This document shows positions 1-8,577 of a DNA stretch of 64,000 bases, piece by piece. The translations under genes and the position numbers were made by a program. The DNA comes from Candidatus Zambryskibacteria bacterium RIFCSPHIGHO2_01_FULL_46_25. Its GTDB lineage: Bacteria > Patescibacteriota > Minisyncoccia > Phycocordibacterales > Zambryskibacteraceae. Below the pieces are notes generated by a model, which made no database searches, had not been told where the DNA came from, and worked only from the letters and a program-made list of their open reading frames with translations. The stretch spans positions 70,413 to 134,412 of the forward strand of contig MHVH01000005.1 of the NCBI GenBank assembly GCA_001825155.1, written 5' to 3'. Position 1 is the first letter of the stretch. The number at the start of each line of letters is the position of its first letter.

Positions 1-225
1 CCCGTGATGGTCGGCATGAGAAAGATTTCCAAGCGAATAGCCGAGGGGCTCGATGCGTTCGGAGAGCTTGTGCGCGTCGGTTACGGCCGGGTCGAACTCG
101 ATCTTCGCCTTCTCGGTGCCGAAATTTACGGAGACGGCATTCACTCCGGCCGCTTTGCCGAGCTCCTTCTCAATGATTGTCGCGCACGAGGCACAGTGCA
201 TGCCCTTGATTCTGTAAATAGCCAT
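1..225 (-). CDS. copA: Heavy-metal (Cu) P-type ATPase, N-terminal HMA domain (partial, runs off window)
   Basis: Own translation from ATG at 225: MAIYRIKGMHCASCATIIEKELGK..., GMxCxxC motif; directly downstream of a CsoR-family gene. Confidence 0.8.
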   Translation of the reverse strand, partial: MAIYRIKGMHCASCATIIEKELGKAAGVNAVSVNFGTEKAKIEFDPAVTDAHKLSERIEPLGYSLGNLSHADHHG

Positions 226-249
226 GTTATTTATAGTGAGCTTGTCGAA

Positions 250-510
250 CTATTTTCTCTTAAGTTTATAGACCTTCATCATCTCGCCGATTGCTTTCTT
301 TCTATCCCCTTTCTTTATCTGATTCACGACACAGTGGCTGAGGTGATGTTCAAGCAGAATATCTTCCACGTTCGAAAGAGCCTGCTTCACAGCCGAAGTC
401 TGGGTGATGACATCTATGCAGTATATGTCCTTCTCGATCATCTCTCTGAGTCCCCGTACCTGACCCTCGACGATCATGAGCCGTCTTGAAAGCGTTTTTT
501 TGTTGTCCAT
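250..510 (-). CDS. csoR: CsoR/RcnR-family metal-sensing repressor
   Basis: RL..VEGQVRGL..MIE...YCIDVITQ..AV...L...HL.HC pattern. Confidence 0.92.
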   Translation of the reverse strand: MDNKKTLSRRLMIVEGQVRGLREMIEKDIYCIDVITQTSAVKQALSNVEDILLEHHLSHCVVNQIKKGDRKKAIGEMMKVYKLKRK

Positions 511-518
511 ATTACAAG

Positions 519-538
519 TATACCCCCCTGGGGGTATA
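519..538. promoter_or_regulatory. CsoR operator (G/C-tract palindrome)
   Basis: TATACCCCCCTGGGGGTATA just upstream of the csoR ATG, overlapping the minus-strand -10 TATACT; resembles known CsoR TAC-C-tract/G-tract-GTA operators. Confidence 0.85.
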
Positions 539-540
539 TG

Positions 541-2298
541 TCAAATCGACGCTCGTCGTGGAGCAGTTACTCTATCCGGCGGGATGGCGTAATAATTTAT
601 GAGAAATTTTGTCGTGTTGAAGAAGGCGTCGGTCAGCGTTTCGGACGCATACTGCACTTCTTTCGGGTAGTAAGTAAAGAGAAATATCAGAAACTTCGGC
701 TCGTACGACGGGAAGTAACCGAAGAAGGAGTGGAGGAAACGGTCTTGATAGTATCCCCCGCCAGCGGGATTCGCAATTTGCGCCGTGCCGGTCTTCGCCG
801 CGATGCTGTAATTCGGCAAACTCATTTGTCCGTAGCGTAAGCTCGTATCCACCACCTCGGTAAGCATTCTTGAGAGCTCGGCGGAAGATTCTTTGCTTAT
901 CACCCTCTCTCCTTCCTCGGCGGTTGGATAGCCAATCGATTTACTGGGCCCAAGCTTATAGCGCACTTCTCTCGCCAGATGGGGCGTGATAAGTGTGCCG
1001 CCGTTTGCGAGCGCGGAGAAGGCTCTCACGGCCGTAATGGGGGTAAGGGCAATGCCTTGGCCGAATGATGCCTGCGCGGCCTCAAGGTCTCTATGAGTCT
1101 TCAAGTTCGAGACCAGAGACTTACCTTCGTTTGGCAGGTCTATGCCTGTAACACCCTCCAGTCCGAATCGGAGCATGTAGTCTTCGAATTTTCTCGTGCC
1201 CATTCTCGAAACAGCGAAGGCGACTCCGGTATTGAGCGACTGGTTGAGCACCTCCTGCATAGAAATGTTTGTGCCGTGCGATTTGCCGTCGTAATTGCAG
1301 AAGGTCTTGGTGTTCAAGGTCATGCAACCAGGGTCATTGTATGTGGTGCGGGCGGTCACGGCGCCGGCATCGAGGGCGGATGCCATAGTCATAGCTTTCA
1401 CTATCGAACCCATCTCATAACGATCCTCGACCAATTTGTTCCTGAACACGGCGGCGTTACTCTCGTTTTGCGGGAAGTTGGGGTCGAAGGCCGGCGTAAG
1501 AGCCATGGCCCGAATCTCTCCCGTCATGGGGTCTATGACAATACCTCCGGTGAAGTCGGAAGCGTATTGATTGTTTACCTTGGCAATTTCTCCTTCAAGG
1601 AAAGCTTGGACCGAGGGCTCTATGGTCGTCGCGATATCGCCATCAAGCGAAGCTTCGTCATCAACAACCTGTTTTATATTCGAGAATATCTCCGCGAAGA
1701 AATTGATGAAGACGTCATCACCTGCCCTGCTCAAAACTTTCTCATATTGCCTCTCAAGCCCGTAGCGGCCCGAGAGTTCGGCGCCTGTCGGCGCGAAGCC
1801 TACGAGGCCGACAGCGTGAGCGGCCATCTTCTCACCCGGATAAGTACGCCATCTTTCTCTCGTTACCCCCACACCGGGGATGTTGAGAATGCGTATCCTA
1901 TCCGCATTCTCTGCCGTAAGTCGCCGGGCAAGCTCTTCGTAAGGGTCGCTCGTTTTCGCCACCTTGGCGAGATAAATTTCCTTGTCTAGGGGAATGATTG
2001 CGTTCAACTTCTCATACGTTTCCTCAATCGCGTTGTATTCGATAATAATTCCCGGATTGATATAGAGAATGAAGCCGAGCTTGACCGTGGCGGCTGGCAC
2101 CAGGGCCCCATCTTTGGTGGTAAAGAATATTGAGCCCCGGTCAAAGTAGTTTACTCCGGCGACATACTGATGCTCCGCCTTAATCTTGAAATCTTCTCCG
2201 GAAATAATTTGTACCGCGTAGAGCTTGGCAATGAGAAAAAGCGCGAATAGGAGGATTAGTAGAGAAAGCAAACGCAGCCTGTTGGGAAAAGCTTTCAT
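541..2298 (-). CDS. Class B penicillin-binding protein (FtsI/PBP2-like transpeptidase)
   Basis: N-terminal TM, GSIVK (SxxK), SLN (SxN), KTGTAQ motifs; mraZ-rsmH context. Confidence 0.92.
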   Translation of the reverse strand: MKAFPNRLRLLSLLILLFALFLIAKLYAVQIISGEDFKIKAEHQYVAGVNYFDRGSIFFTTKDGALVPAATVKLGFILYINPGIIIEYNAIEETYEKLNAIIPLDKEIYLAKVAKTSDPYEELARRLTAENADRIRILNIPGVGVTRERWRTYPGEKMAAHAVGLVGFAPTGAELSGRYGLERQYEKVLSRAGDDVFINFFAEIFSNIKQVVDDEASLDGDIATTIEPSVQAFLEGEIAKVNNQYASDFTGGIVIDPMTGEIRAMALTPAFDPNFPQNESNAAVFRNKLVEDRYEMGSIVKAMTMASALDAGAVTARTTYNDPGCMTLNTKTFCNYDGKSHGTNISMQEVLNQSLNTGVAFAVSRMGTRKFEDYMLRFGLEGVTGIDLPNEGKSLVSNLKTHRDLEAAQASFGQGIALTPITAVRAFSALANGGTLITPHLAREVRYKLGPSKSIGYPTAEEGERVISKESSAELSRMLTEVVDTSLRYGQMSLPNYSIAAKTGTAQIANPAGGGYYQDRFLHSFFGYFPSYEPKFLIFLFTYYPKEVQYASETLTDAFFNTTKFLINYYAIPPDRVTAPRRASI

Positions 2299-2317
2299 GT
2301 CAACTCATTTTAACAGA

Positions 2318-2683
2318 CTAGCGGTTTAAAGTAAGTGAAGATGCCGGCGTACGGGTGACAAAGAGGGGTTCCTTGGCTTCTTTGAAACCTCGTTCGAGCG
2401 CTATTTCGGAAGTAACGGAATTCTTAAGCGAGATGTATGAAAATTCGAGCGAACCTATCTTCGAACCGGCATCGGCGAGATGAGCTTCGAGGTTGCCTCT
2501 AAGAGCGGTGTTTCTGGCAATGGCGTTTACGGCGTAGAAATATATGAAAAGGGATAGCACGGAAACGCTTGCCAAAAACCAGAAGGCCCGCTCCCGGGTA
2601 TCGTATGGCAAGGAGATGCTCCTCCTCCCTTCTCCGAACGGCAGGGCAAGTTGATTCTCGCTGAATTTTATTTTTCTAGTCAT
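2318..2683 (-). CDS. FtsL-like bitopic membrane protein
   Basis: One TM plus coiled coil, located between rsmH and pbp. Confidence 0.6.
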   Translation of the reverse strand: MTRKIKFSENQLALPFGEGRRSISLPYDTRERAFWFLASVSVLSLFIYFYAVNAIARNTALRGNLEAHLADAGSKIGSLEFSYISLKNSVTSEIALERGFKEAKEPLFVTRTPASSLTLNR

Positions 2684-2684
2684 T

Positions 2685-3515
2685 TTATATTTTTTTGATA
2701 ATCCTTAGTTTCGCGCTTCTGGAACGAGGATTCTCTCTCGTTTCCTCTTCGCTTGGCGTTATTGGTTTTTTAGTAACAAGTTCGGCCTTCCCTTCCTTTC
2801 TATTATCGCGAAAAAAGTTTTTCACCATCCTGTCTTCAAGGCTGTGGAAGGAGATGACCGCGAATCTGCCTCCGGGCTTCAAGGCCTCGAAACCTTTCTC
2901 AAGTCCCTTCTCGAGCGCCGAGAGTTCTTCGTTGACCGCTATGCGCAAGGCTTGGAAGGTCTTTGTCGCTGGATGGATCTTGTCTCGGAAGGTTCTCGGA
3001 CGGACCGAGAGCACAGTGTCTGCGAGGTCGAAAGTCGTGGCGAAGGGTTGGATTTTTCTTCGTGACACAATCGCTCTTGCAATCTTTTTTGAGAATCGCT
3101 CTTCGCCGAATCCTCGCAGGATGAGCTCAATGGCATGCTCATCCCAGGAGTTGAGGATTTCGGCCGCTGTGGGGCCTGACTGTCCCATTCTCATATCGAG
3201 CGGTTCATCTTTCTGGAAACTAAATCCCCGCCCGGAAGTGTCCATCTGGTCGCTCGAGAACCCAAGGTCCAGGAGAATGGCGTCGGGCTTCGTTTCTCCG
3301 AGAAGCTTGTCGATGTCGCGGAAATTACCTGTGATATCCGCTCCAGTCGAGGGGTCTTGATCTATGGTGATAACTTTTACCTTATCGCCGTATCGCCTTA
3401 CTATCTCCCTTGTGTGTCCTCCTCCGCCGAATGTACCGTCGACGAGAGTTTCTCCGGGCTTGAGTGCGAGTCCGTCTACAACTTCTTGCAAAAGAACTGA
3501 CTTATGCGTACTCAT
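2685..3515 (-). CDS. rsmH: 16S rRNA m4C1402 methyltransferase RsmH
   Basis: HKSVLL, DGTFGGGGH, DLGFSS.Q, PLDMRM, SFHSLED, NPRSRSAKLR; ATG at 3515 chosen. Confidence 0.96.
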   Translation of the reverse strand: MSTHKSVLLQEVVDGLALKPGETLVDGTFGGGGHTREIVRRYGDKVKVITIDQDPSTGADITGNFRDIDKLLGETKPDAILLDLGFSSDQMDTSGRGFSFQKDEPLDMRMGQSGPTAAEILNSWDEHAIELILRGFGEERFSKKIARAIVSRRKIQPFATTFDLADTVLSVRPRTFRDKIHPATKTFQALRIAVNEELSALEKGLEKGFEALKPGGRFAVISFHSLEDRMVKNFFRDNRKEGKAELVTKKPITPSEEETRENPRSRSAKLRIIKKI

Positions 3516-3897
3516 TTTCAAGCTTCTTTCTGTAGGCGATCCAGCGCTTGTCATTCCATATCTCCACCCTGTCGTGCACGCCGGTGATGACGATAGAATT
3601 CTTCAACTCCGCGAATTCCCGCAAAAATTCGGGGACGAGAATCCTACCCAAGGAATCAATCTCAACTTCCGCCGCGCCGGCGAAGGTAAACCTGGCGAAG
3701 CGCGGGTCGGTCTCGACGTGTCCTAACTTCTTAACCTCTTGTGAGATTTGAAGCCAGGTCCCGCTGGGATAGAGAAAAAGGCAATGATCTTTGCCTCGAG
3801 TAACAACGACTTTCCTGCCGAGAGCTTTTCGGAATCTCGCTGGAAGAGAGAAACGATTCTTCTCGTCGATATTATGGGTGTATTCGCCAATAAACAT
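3502..3897 (-). CDS. mraZ: Division/cell-wall transcriptional regulator MraZ
   Basis: MFIGEYTHNIDEKNRFSLP, DSLGRILVP, G..DRVEIW. Confidence 0.95.
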   Translation of the reverse strand: MFIGEYTHNIDEKNRFSLPARFRKALGRKVVVTRGKDHCLFLYPSGTWLQISQEVKKLGHVETDPRFARFTFAGAAEVEIDSLGRILVPEFLREFAELKNSIVITGVHDRVEIWNDKRWIAYRKKLENEYA

Positions 3898-3911
3898 GTT
3901 TTTTTAATCAT

Positions 3912-3957
3912 ACCACTTTTTACCACCCCTTAACATTCTATCCCACCCCTCACCACA
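3912..3957 (-). promoter_or_regulatory. MraZ-box GTGG repeats at 10-bp periodicity
   Basis: CCAC at 3913, 3923, 3943, 3953 (GTGG on minus) upstream of mraZ. Confidence 0.75.
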
Positions 3958-4014
3958 ATACTAGACGGGAAACCCACCATTTCCTTGCAAAACTGTGGAT
4001 AAGTAAAAATAATG

Positions 4015-4046
4015 AAAAACGCCGGGCCCCGAATGGGTCCCGGCGT
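4015..4046 (-). terminator. Intrinsic terminator
   Basis: ACGCCGGG...CCCGGCGT stem with T-run on minus. Confidence 0.75.
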
Positions 4047-4066
4047 CATATCAGCATTCTCGGCGG

Positions 4067-4597
4067 CTAGGAAGCCTCTTCCTTTGGGAGCTGTGGCTCC
4101 CCGGCGTACACTTTCCAGTCTCTTTTCTTGAGGGTAAGGTGAAGCACATCCTTCACCTTGAGCGCCTCGTCGTAGAGAGAGTAGAAGTTTTCTTGGTATC
4201 CCTGGAAATTACGCCTCAACCTCTCGGAGGTTTCCTCGTACGTCTCATGACGACGGTAAACGTAATCAGAATGCCGTCGGTGGAATGCCTGATGTCCGAG
4301 CTGTTGAAGACTCATCTGCAGCTCCGCCGCGTCCCTTACCTCCCGGGCGTACTCATGGAGCTTCGTCTCGGCACCATCTCTCACGGGCGCGGTCAGATCT
4401 AGCTTGTACCGTACAAACTCAAGAGCTTGCCGGTACTTCCGGCTCAGAAGGTAGTACTTGGCAGCGACATCTCCGGTCGCCACGAAGAGCCCGAACAAGG
4501 TGGACACAATGACCAGCGCCGTAAGGGTGAACCAGGAGCTGAGAAAGTACATTGTTGCCAGAGTAACCAACACGAATTGCAGCAGAAAATTCCTCAT
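4067..4597 (-). CDS. Hypothetical membrane protein (2 N-terminal TM), self-contained unit
   Basis: 176-aa ORF, GGAG upstream, own promoter and terminator. Confidence 0.7.
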   Translation of the reverse strand: MRNFLLQFVLVTLATMYFLSSWFTLTALVIVSTLFGLFVATGDVAAKYYLLSRKYRQALEFVRYKLDLTAPVRDGAETKLHEYAREVRDAAELQMSLQQLGHQAFHRRHSDYVYRRHETYEETSERLRRNFQGYQENFYSLYDEALKVKDVLHLTLKKRDWKVYAGEPQLPKEEAS

Positions 4598-4685
4598 AGT
4601 GCCGCTTCTCCCGACTCCTTATACAAAACCAGTTAGTCTGGAAATGTGGAAAACGTTAGGCGTTTTCCAAGGAGTTCTGCCGCCA

Positions 4686-4714
4686 ACGATATATTGATTT
4701 TACCAGCTTGTCAA
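4686..4714 (-). promoter_or_regulatory. Sigma70 promoter TTGACA-17-TATCGT
   Basis: TGTCAA 4709-4714, ACGATA 4686-4691 on plus. Confidence 0.6.
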
Positions 4715-4803
4715 TACAAAGCATTTAACATTAAATCTATTTACCAATTCGTGCGAATTTTAATTATTACTATTGTCATTCCGTCTATGTTATTATGAGA
4801 AAG

Positions 4804-4986
4804 ATGAAAAAAGATACTAATAAAGACGGCAGGTATAGAACCAAAAGGGAAGATGTCCTGGTTAGAACCATAGAGAAAAAGTATGGTGTTAATTTGAAAG
4901 TTCGTTCTGATGCCCAACTGCATACAGTACTAAAGAAGTACGGTGCAGCTTCCTTGTCCCAACTTTTAAGAAAGGTTCATGGCTAA
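4804..4986 (+). CDS. Small basic hypothetical protein (possible antitoxin/DNA-binding)
   Basis: RTKREDVLVRTIEKKYGVNLKVRSD...SLSQLL; overlaps next gene by 8 nt; AT-rich. Confidence 0.7.
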   Translation: MKKDTNKDGRYRTKREDVLVRTIEKKYGVNLKVRSDAQLHTVLKKYGAASLSQLLRKVHG

Positions 4987-5512
4987 ACGAGTCTTACTAT
5001 CTAAACATCCGTTTTCAAAAATCAAGAATAAGAGGCTCAGAACTGATTTATATGATGCTTTGTATTTTATTGCTTATTTAATCGAAGGTATTGATAGGGC
5101 TAAGGAAAAAAGATACAAGGAAGAATTTTTAAGAGTAATTATTTTATATATAGCATCGGTTGTAGAAGCCTTATGTTTATTTTTGGTTGAGAGTAATAGT
5201 TTGATACTCAAAAAAGAAGAATGTAGTCATATACGCCAAATATCAATGCCTGGAGTTTCGGTTGAGACAGGGCAACTTGTTATAGCTATACAGAAAGATA
5301 AAGATATCAAAATAAGAGATCTTCCTTTTGCTGAAGCAATTAAGGTTTTATCCAAAAATAGGAAAATTAGTGATACTTTATACGAGAAATTAAACACATT
5401 GAGAACTACTAGAAATACCCAACATCTCTACAGTAGAAAAAATTCCTCAGTTTCTAATGACGACGTAAAGAATGCTTATTCTAGTCTCGATCTACTACTC
5501 AAGCAAATATAA
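4979..5512 (+). CDS. HEPN-like hypothetical protein
   Basis: All-helical, ASVVEAL and C-terminal RTTRNTQH (RxnH); AT-rich. Confidence 0.55.
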   Translation: MAKRVLLSKHPFSKIKNKRLRTDLYDALYFIAYLIEGIDRAKEKRYKEEFLRVIILYIASVVEALCLFLVESNSLILKKEECSHIRQISMPGVSVETGQLVIAIQKDKDIKIRDLPFAEAIKVLSKNRKISDTLYEKLNTLRTTRNTQHLYSRKNSSVSNDDVKNAYSSLDLLLKQI

Positions 5513-5534
5513 AACATATCACTGAATGTTAACG

Positions 5535-5565
5535 AAAAACCGCTCATTCCTCCGGATGAGCGGTT
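5535..5565. terminator. Terminator hairpin between convergent genes
   Basis: AACCGCTCAT/ATGAGCGGTT stem, A-run on left. Confidence 0.75.
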
Positions 5566-5595
5566 CATATGTTTGCCTCGCGGATTGCGAGGACT

Positions 5596-6171
5596 TTAGA
5601 AGTTGAACCTGGCTCCGATGACTCCCTTGTCGTCGCCGACGGCGTACGTTCCCCAGAACGAGACCTTGCCGAATTTCTTCTCGATATAGGGCCCTGTTCC
5701 GAGAAAACGCGTGCTGTTGACGCCGACGAAGAAGGTCTTCGTGACTTCGAAGGTAGCGAGATGGCGAAACCAGTATCCGCTTCCGCCGTGTTCGTGAATC
5801 GAGAGATAGGACCAGCGCCCTTTCCCGACCCAGAAACTCACCGATCCTCGGAGCGGGTTCTCGTCAGTCTCGATGCCGAGACTGCCCGACAACTCCATCC
5901 ACCCAGCTGGCGCGAACGTGAGTCCAGCATGTCCCTCGCTCCAGCCCTTCGAGCTCAGCGACCAGACCGTCCAGCCAAGCTTGCCCTTGATCGGACCCTT
6001 GGCGTAGATGTCGACCTGGGGAGTCGTGCTGTCGCTGATCGTGTTGTACGACTCGACGAAACCGGTCGTCTGCGCGCTCGCCGTACAGGCGAGCGCGAGG
6101 AGCGAAATGATCGCGGCGAGGACGATGAGGATTTTCACCTCGAGGACCCTGTCTCTGTTGATTTTCTGCAT
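5596..6171 (-). CDS. Secreted beta-rich protein, beta-barrel-like, ends in Phe
   Basis: GGAGGAG RBS before ATG 6171; signal peptide ASA; alternating aromatic strands; C-terminus GARFNF. Confidence 0.7.
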   Translation of the reverse strand: MQKINRDRVLEVKILIVLAAIISLLALACTASAQTTGFVESYNTISDSTTPQVDIYAKGPIKGKLGWTVWSLSSKGWSEGHAGLTFAPAGWMELSGSLGIETDENPLRGSVSFWVGKGRWSYLSIHEHGGSGYWFRHLATFEVTKTFFVGVNSTRFLGTGPYIEKKFGKVSFWGTYAVGDDKGVIGARFNF

Positions 6172-6207
6172 TGCTCCTCCTTGTGGAGCGAAAAACACTC
6201 TCTTCCT

Positions 6208-6236
6208 ATCTTAGCACAATATGAATATCTTGTCAA
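6208..6236 (-). promoter_or_regulatory. Sigma70 promoter TTGACA-17-TAAGAT (extended TG)
   Basis: TGTCAA 6231-6236, ATCTTA 6208-6213 on plus. Confidence 0.75.
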
Positions 6237-6249
6237 TCCCTGCGGGATT

Positions 6250-6313
6250 GCTTCAGGTTCGCTCGGGCTCTGTGTAAGCAAGCTCCCACATTCCCTCGCT
6301 GCCTGAAGTCAAG
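6250..6313. repeat. 64-bp palindromic repeat, copy 1 (copy 2 at 29836-29899)
   Basis: GCTTCAGGTTCG...CCTGAAGTCAAG, 61/64 identical to copy 2. Confidence 0.9.
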
Positions 6314-6321
6314 CACAAGAA

Positions 6322-8289
6322 CTACACATCCAAAACGGCCTTCTTGGCATTTGATTGGATGAAAGATTTGCGGCTGGGCACGTCGGAGCCCATGAGGATG
6401 TCGAAGATGCGGTCCGCTTCGCGGGCGTCCTCCACCTTGACCTGCTTTAGAATCCTTTTTGCCGGGTCCATGGTCGTCTCCCAGAGTTCGTCCGAATTCA
6501 TTTCTCCCAAGCCTTTGTATCGCTGAATATCCCCTGCCTCTTCTTTCCCGACAATCTTTATTTTCTCCTCATCGGAGTAAGCGAAGTACGAATTCTTGCC
6601 CATCTTGATTTTATATAGCGGTGGCTGGGCGATGTAAACATGTCCGGCGTCAATAAGTGGACGGAAGAAGCGGTAAAGCAGGGTAAGAAGAAGGGTGCGG
6701 ATATGCGCGCCGTCAACATCGGCATCAGTGGCAATAATTATCTTGTGGTATCGGAGTTTCGAAATATCAAATGTGTCCCCTATCGCCGTGCCGAAAGCGA
6801 CGACCAGATTTTTGATTTGCTCGGAAGCGAGCATCTTGTCGAGGCGGGCGCGTTCTATATTTAAAATTTTCCCGCGCAAAGGAAGGATGGCTTGTATGCG
6901 ACGATCCCGACCCATCTTGGCCGTGCCACCGGCGGAATCTCCCTCGACAATAAATATTTCCGACTCCTCCGCCGAGCGGCTCTGGCAATCCGCAAGCTTG
7001 CCGGGGAGCGTCATGCCCTCGAGCGCGCCTTTGCGAAGCACGGAGTCCTTGGCGGCTTTGGCGGCCTTCCTCGCTTTCAAGGCTAGAACCACTTTGTTGA
7101 TGATAGATTTCGCGTCGTCCGGATTCTCCTCGAGGAACTGGCTAAAGGCTTCGCCGAAGACGGTCGTAACCATAGCCTGAGCCTCAACGGAACCAAGCTT
7201 CGCCTTGGTCTGACCTTCGAACTGGATTTCGCGCAGTTTGACCGAGAGCACGGCCGTGAGTCCTTCCAGCACGTCGTCGCCGGTGAAATTATCTTCCTTC
7301 TCGCCTACGAGATTATTCTTCCTCGCATAAGTATTAAGAGTGCGGGTAAGAGCCGTTTTGAAGCCGGTAACGTGCGTGCCACCTTCGGCGGTATAGATGT
7401 TATTGGCGAAGGGCAAGAGACGCGATGAGATATCCTCAACGTACTGCAAGGCGACCTCGACCACTTCGTAATCATTGCCGTTCGCCTTCTTTTCAACGTA
7501 GAAAATATTGCGATGCATCGGCTTCAAGTGCTCGTTCTCGAAGCGCACGAGCGAGACGAGCCCGCCCTCGAAATAGAATGAGGTTGAAGGAATGTCGAGA
7601 CCCAATTCTCTTATATAGAAAACATTTTCGTCATCCACTTTCGCTAGATTGCGGGCATCCAGCACCGAGATTCTCAAACCGCGCACGAGGTAGGCCTGCT
7701 GGCGCATGTGAGAGACAATAGTGTCGTAGTTGAAGTTGATGTCCGGGAAGATCTCTTTGTCCGGTTCGAAAGTGATGATGGTACCGGTCTTGTCCGACTT
7801 AGCAATTTTCTTCACAGCACTTTTCTTCTTGCCCTTGCTGTATTCCTGGATATATACGCCGCCATCACGATGCACAACAGCCTTGCAATAAACAGAAAGA
7901 GCGTTGACCACCGAGGCACCGACGCCGTGGAGTCCGCCGGAAATCTTGTAGCCATCGCCGCCGAATTTGCCCCCGGCGTGGAGCGTCGTCATGATAGTCT
8001 CAAGCGCGGAAACCTTCGTCTGTTTGTGAATGTCTACCGGAATGCCTCGACCGTTGTCTACCACACGAACTCTGTTGTTGGGAAGAAGAACGATTTCAAT
8101 GTCATTGGCGAAGCCGCCCATAGCCTCGTCGCGGGAGTTGTCGAAGATTTCCGTAACAAGGTGCTGGAGGCCGTCGGGACCGGTCGTGCCGATGTACATG
8201 CCGGGGCGCTTCCTGACTGGTTCCAAACCTTCTAGGACGGTAATAGATTCAGCGCTATAGCTGCTTGTTTTAGACTTCTTTTCTGCCAT
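6322..8289 (-). CDS. gyrB: DNA gyrase subunit B
   Basis: VRKRPGMYIG, GGLHGVG, VEGDSAGG, PLRGK, DADVDG, QRYKGLGEM. Confidence 0.97.
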   Translation of the reverse strand: MAEKKSKTSSYSAESITVLEGLEPVRKRPGMYIGTTGPDGLQHLVTEIFDNSRDEAMGGFANDIEIVLLPNNRVRVVDNGRGIPVDIHKQTKVSALETIMTTLHAGGKFGGDGYKISGGLHGVGASVVNALSVYCKAVVHRDGGVYIQEYSKGKKKSAVKKIAKSDKTGTIITFEPDKEIFPDINFNYDTIVSHMRQQAYLVRGLRISVLDARNLAKVDDENVFYIRELGLDIPSTSFYFEGGLVSLVRFENEHLKPMHRNIFYVEKKANGNDYEVVEVALQYVEDISSRLLPFANNIYTAEGGTHVTGFKTALTRTLNTYARKNNLVGEKEDNFTGDDVLEGLTAVLSVKLREIQFEGQTKAKLGSVEAQAMVTTVFGEAFSQFLEENPDDAKSIINKVVLALKARKAAKAAKDSVLRKGALEGMTLPGKLADCQSRSAEESEIFIVEGDSAGGTAKMGRDRRIQAILPLRGKILNIERARLDKMLASEQIKNLVVAFGTAIGDTFDISKLRYHKIIIATDADVDGAHIRTLLLTLLYRFFRPLIDAGHVYIAQPPLYKIKMGKNSYFAYSDEEKIKIVGKEEAGDIQRYKGLGEMNSDELWETTMDPAKRILKQVKVEDAREADRIFDILMGSDVPSRKSFIQSNAKKAVLDV

Positions 8290-8347
8290 AAATTTATACC
8301 CTATTTTATCATAAACGAGGCTAAAAACCAAGAGATTTGGGGATATG

Positions 8348-8526
8348 AAAAAGCCCCGCGACAAGCAGCGAGGCCTTGTGATTTGGGGGTTGTTTCCGGA
8401 GAAGGTCCGGCCGAGTCTATGCCCTTTGTGTGGTTTGTCTTTACCGACAATCTTGTCGGCTAGTTTTCCTTGGGGGGCGGTGAGCTCAGCGTTCGTCTAA
8501 GTCCGGAAACAACCCGTTGCGGAACC
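8348..8526 (-). ncRNA. Candidate ~180-nt rod-like RNA (6S-like)
   Basis: Promoter TTGCGC-17-TATTGT (8532-8560); 14-bp closing stem 8387-8400/8502-8515; inner stems; terminator 8348-8375. Confidence 0.5.
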
Positions 8527-8577
8527 ATTCAACAATAGCACCCGCTCAAAACAAGCGCAACTATTGAAAAGCCTTGT

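Noticed and set aside
1093-1989. Long antisense ORFs (also 2695-3360, 5569-6306, 31138-31932, 51032-51811, 59460-60323, 61157-61876)
   Set aside because: Shadow frames opposite well-supported genes; no motifs
8387-8515. Retron msr-msd or SRP RNA
   Set aside because: No reverse transcriptase nearby and no SRP helix-8 motif
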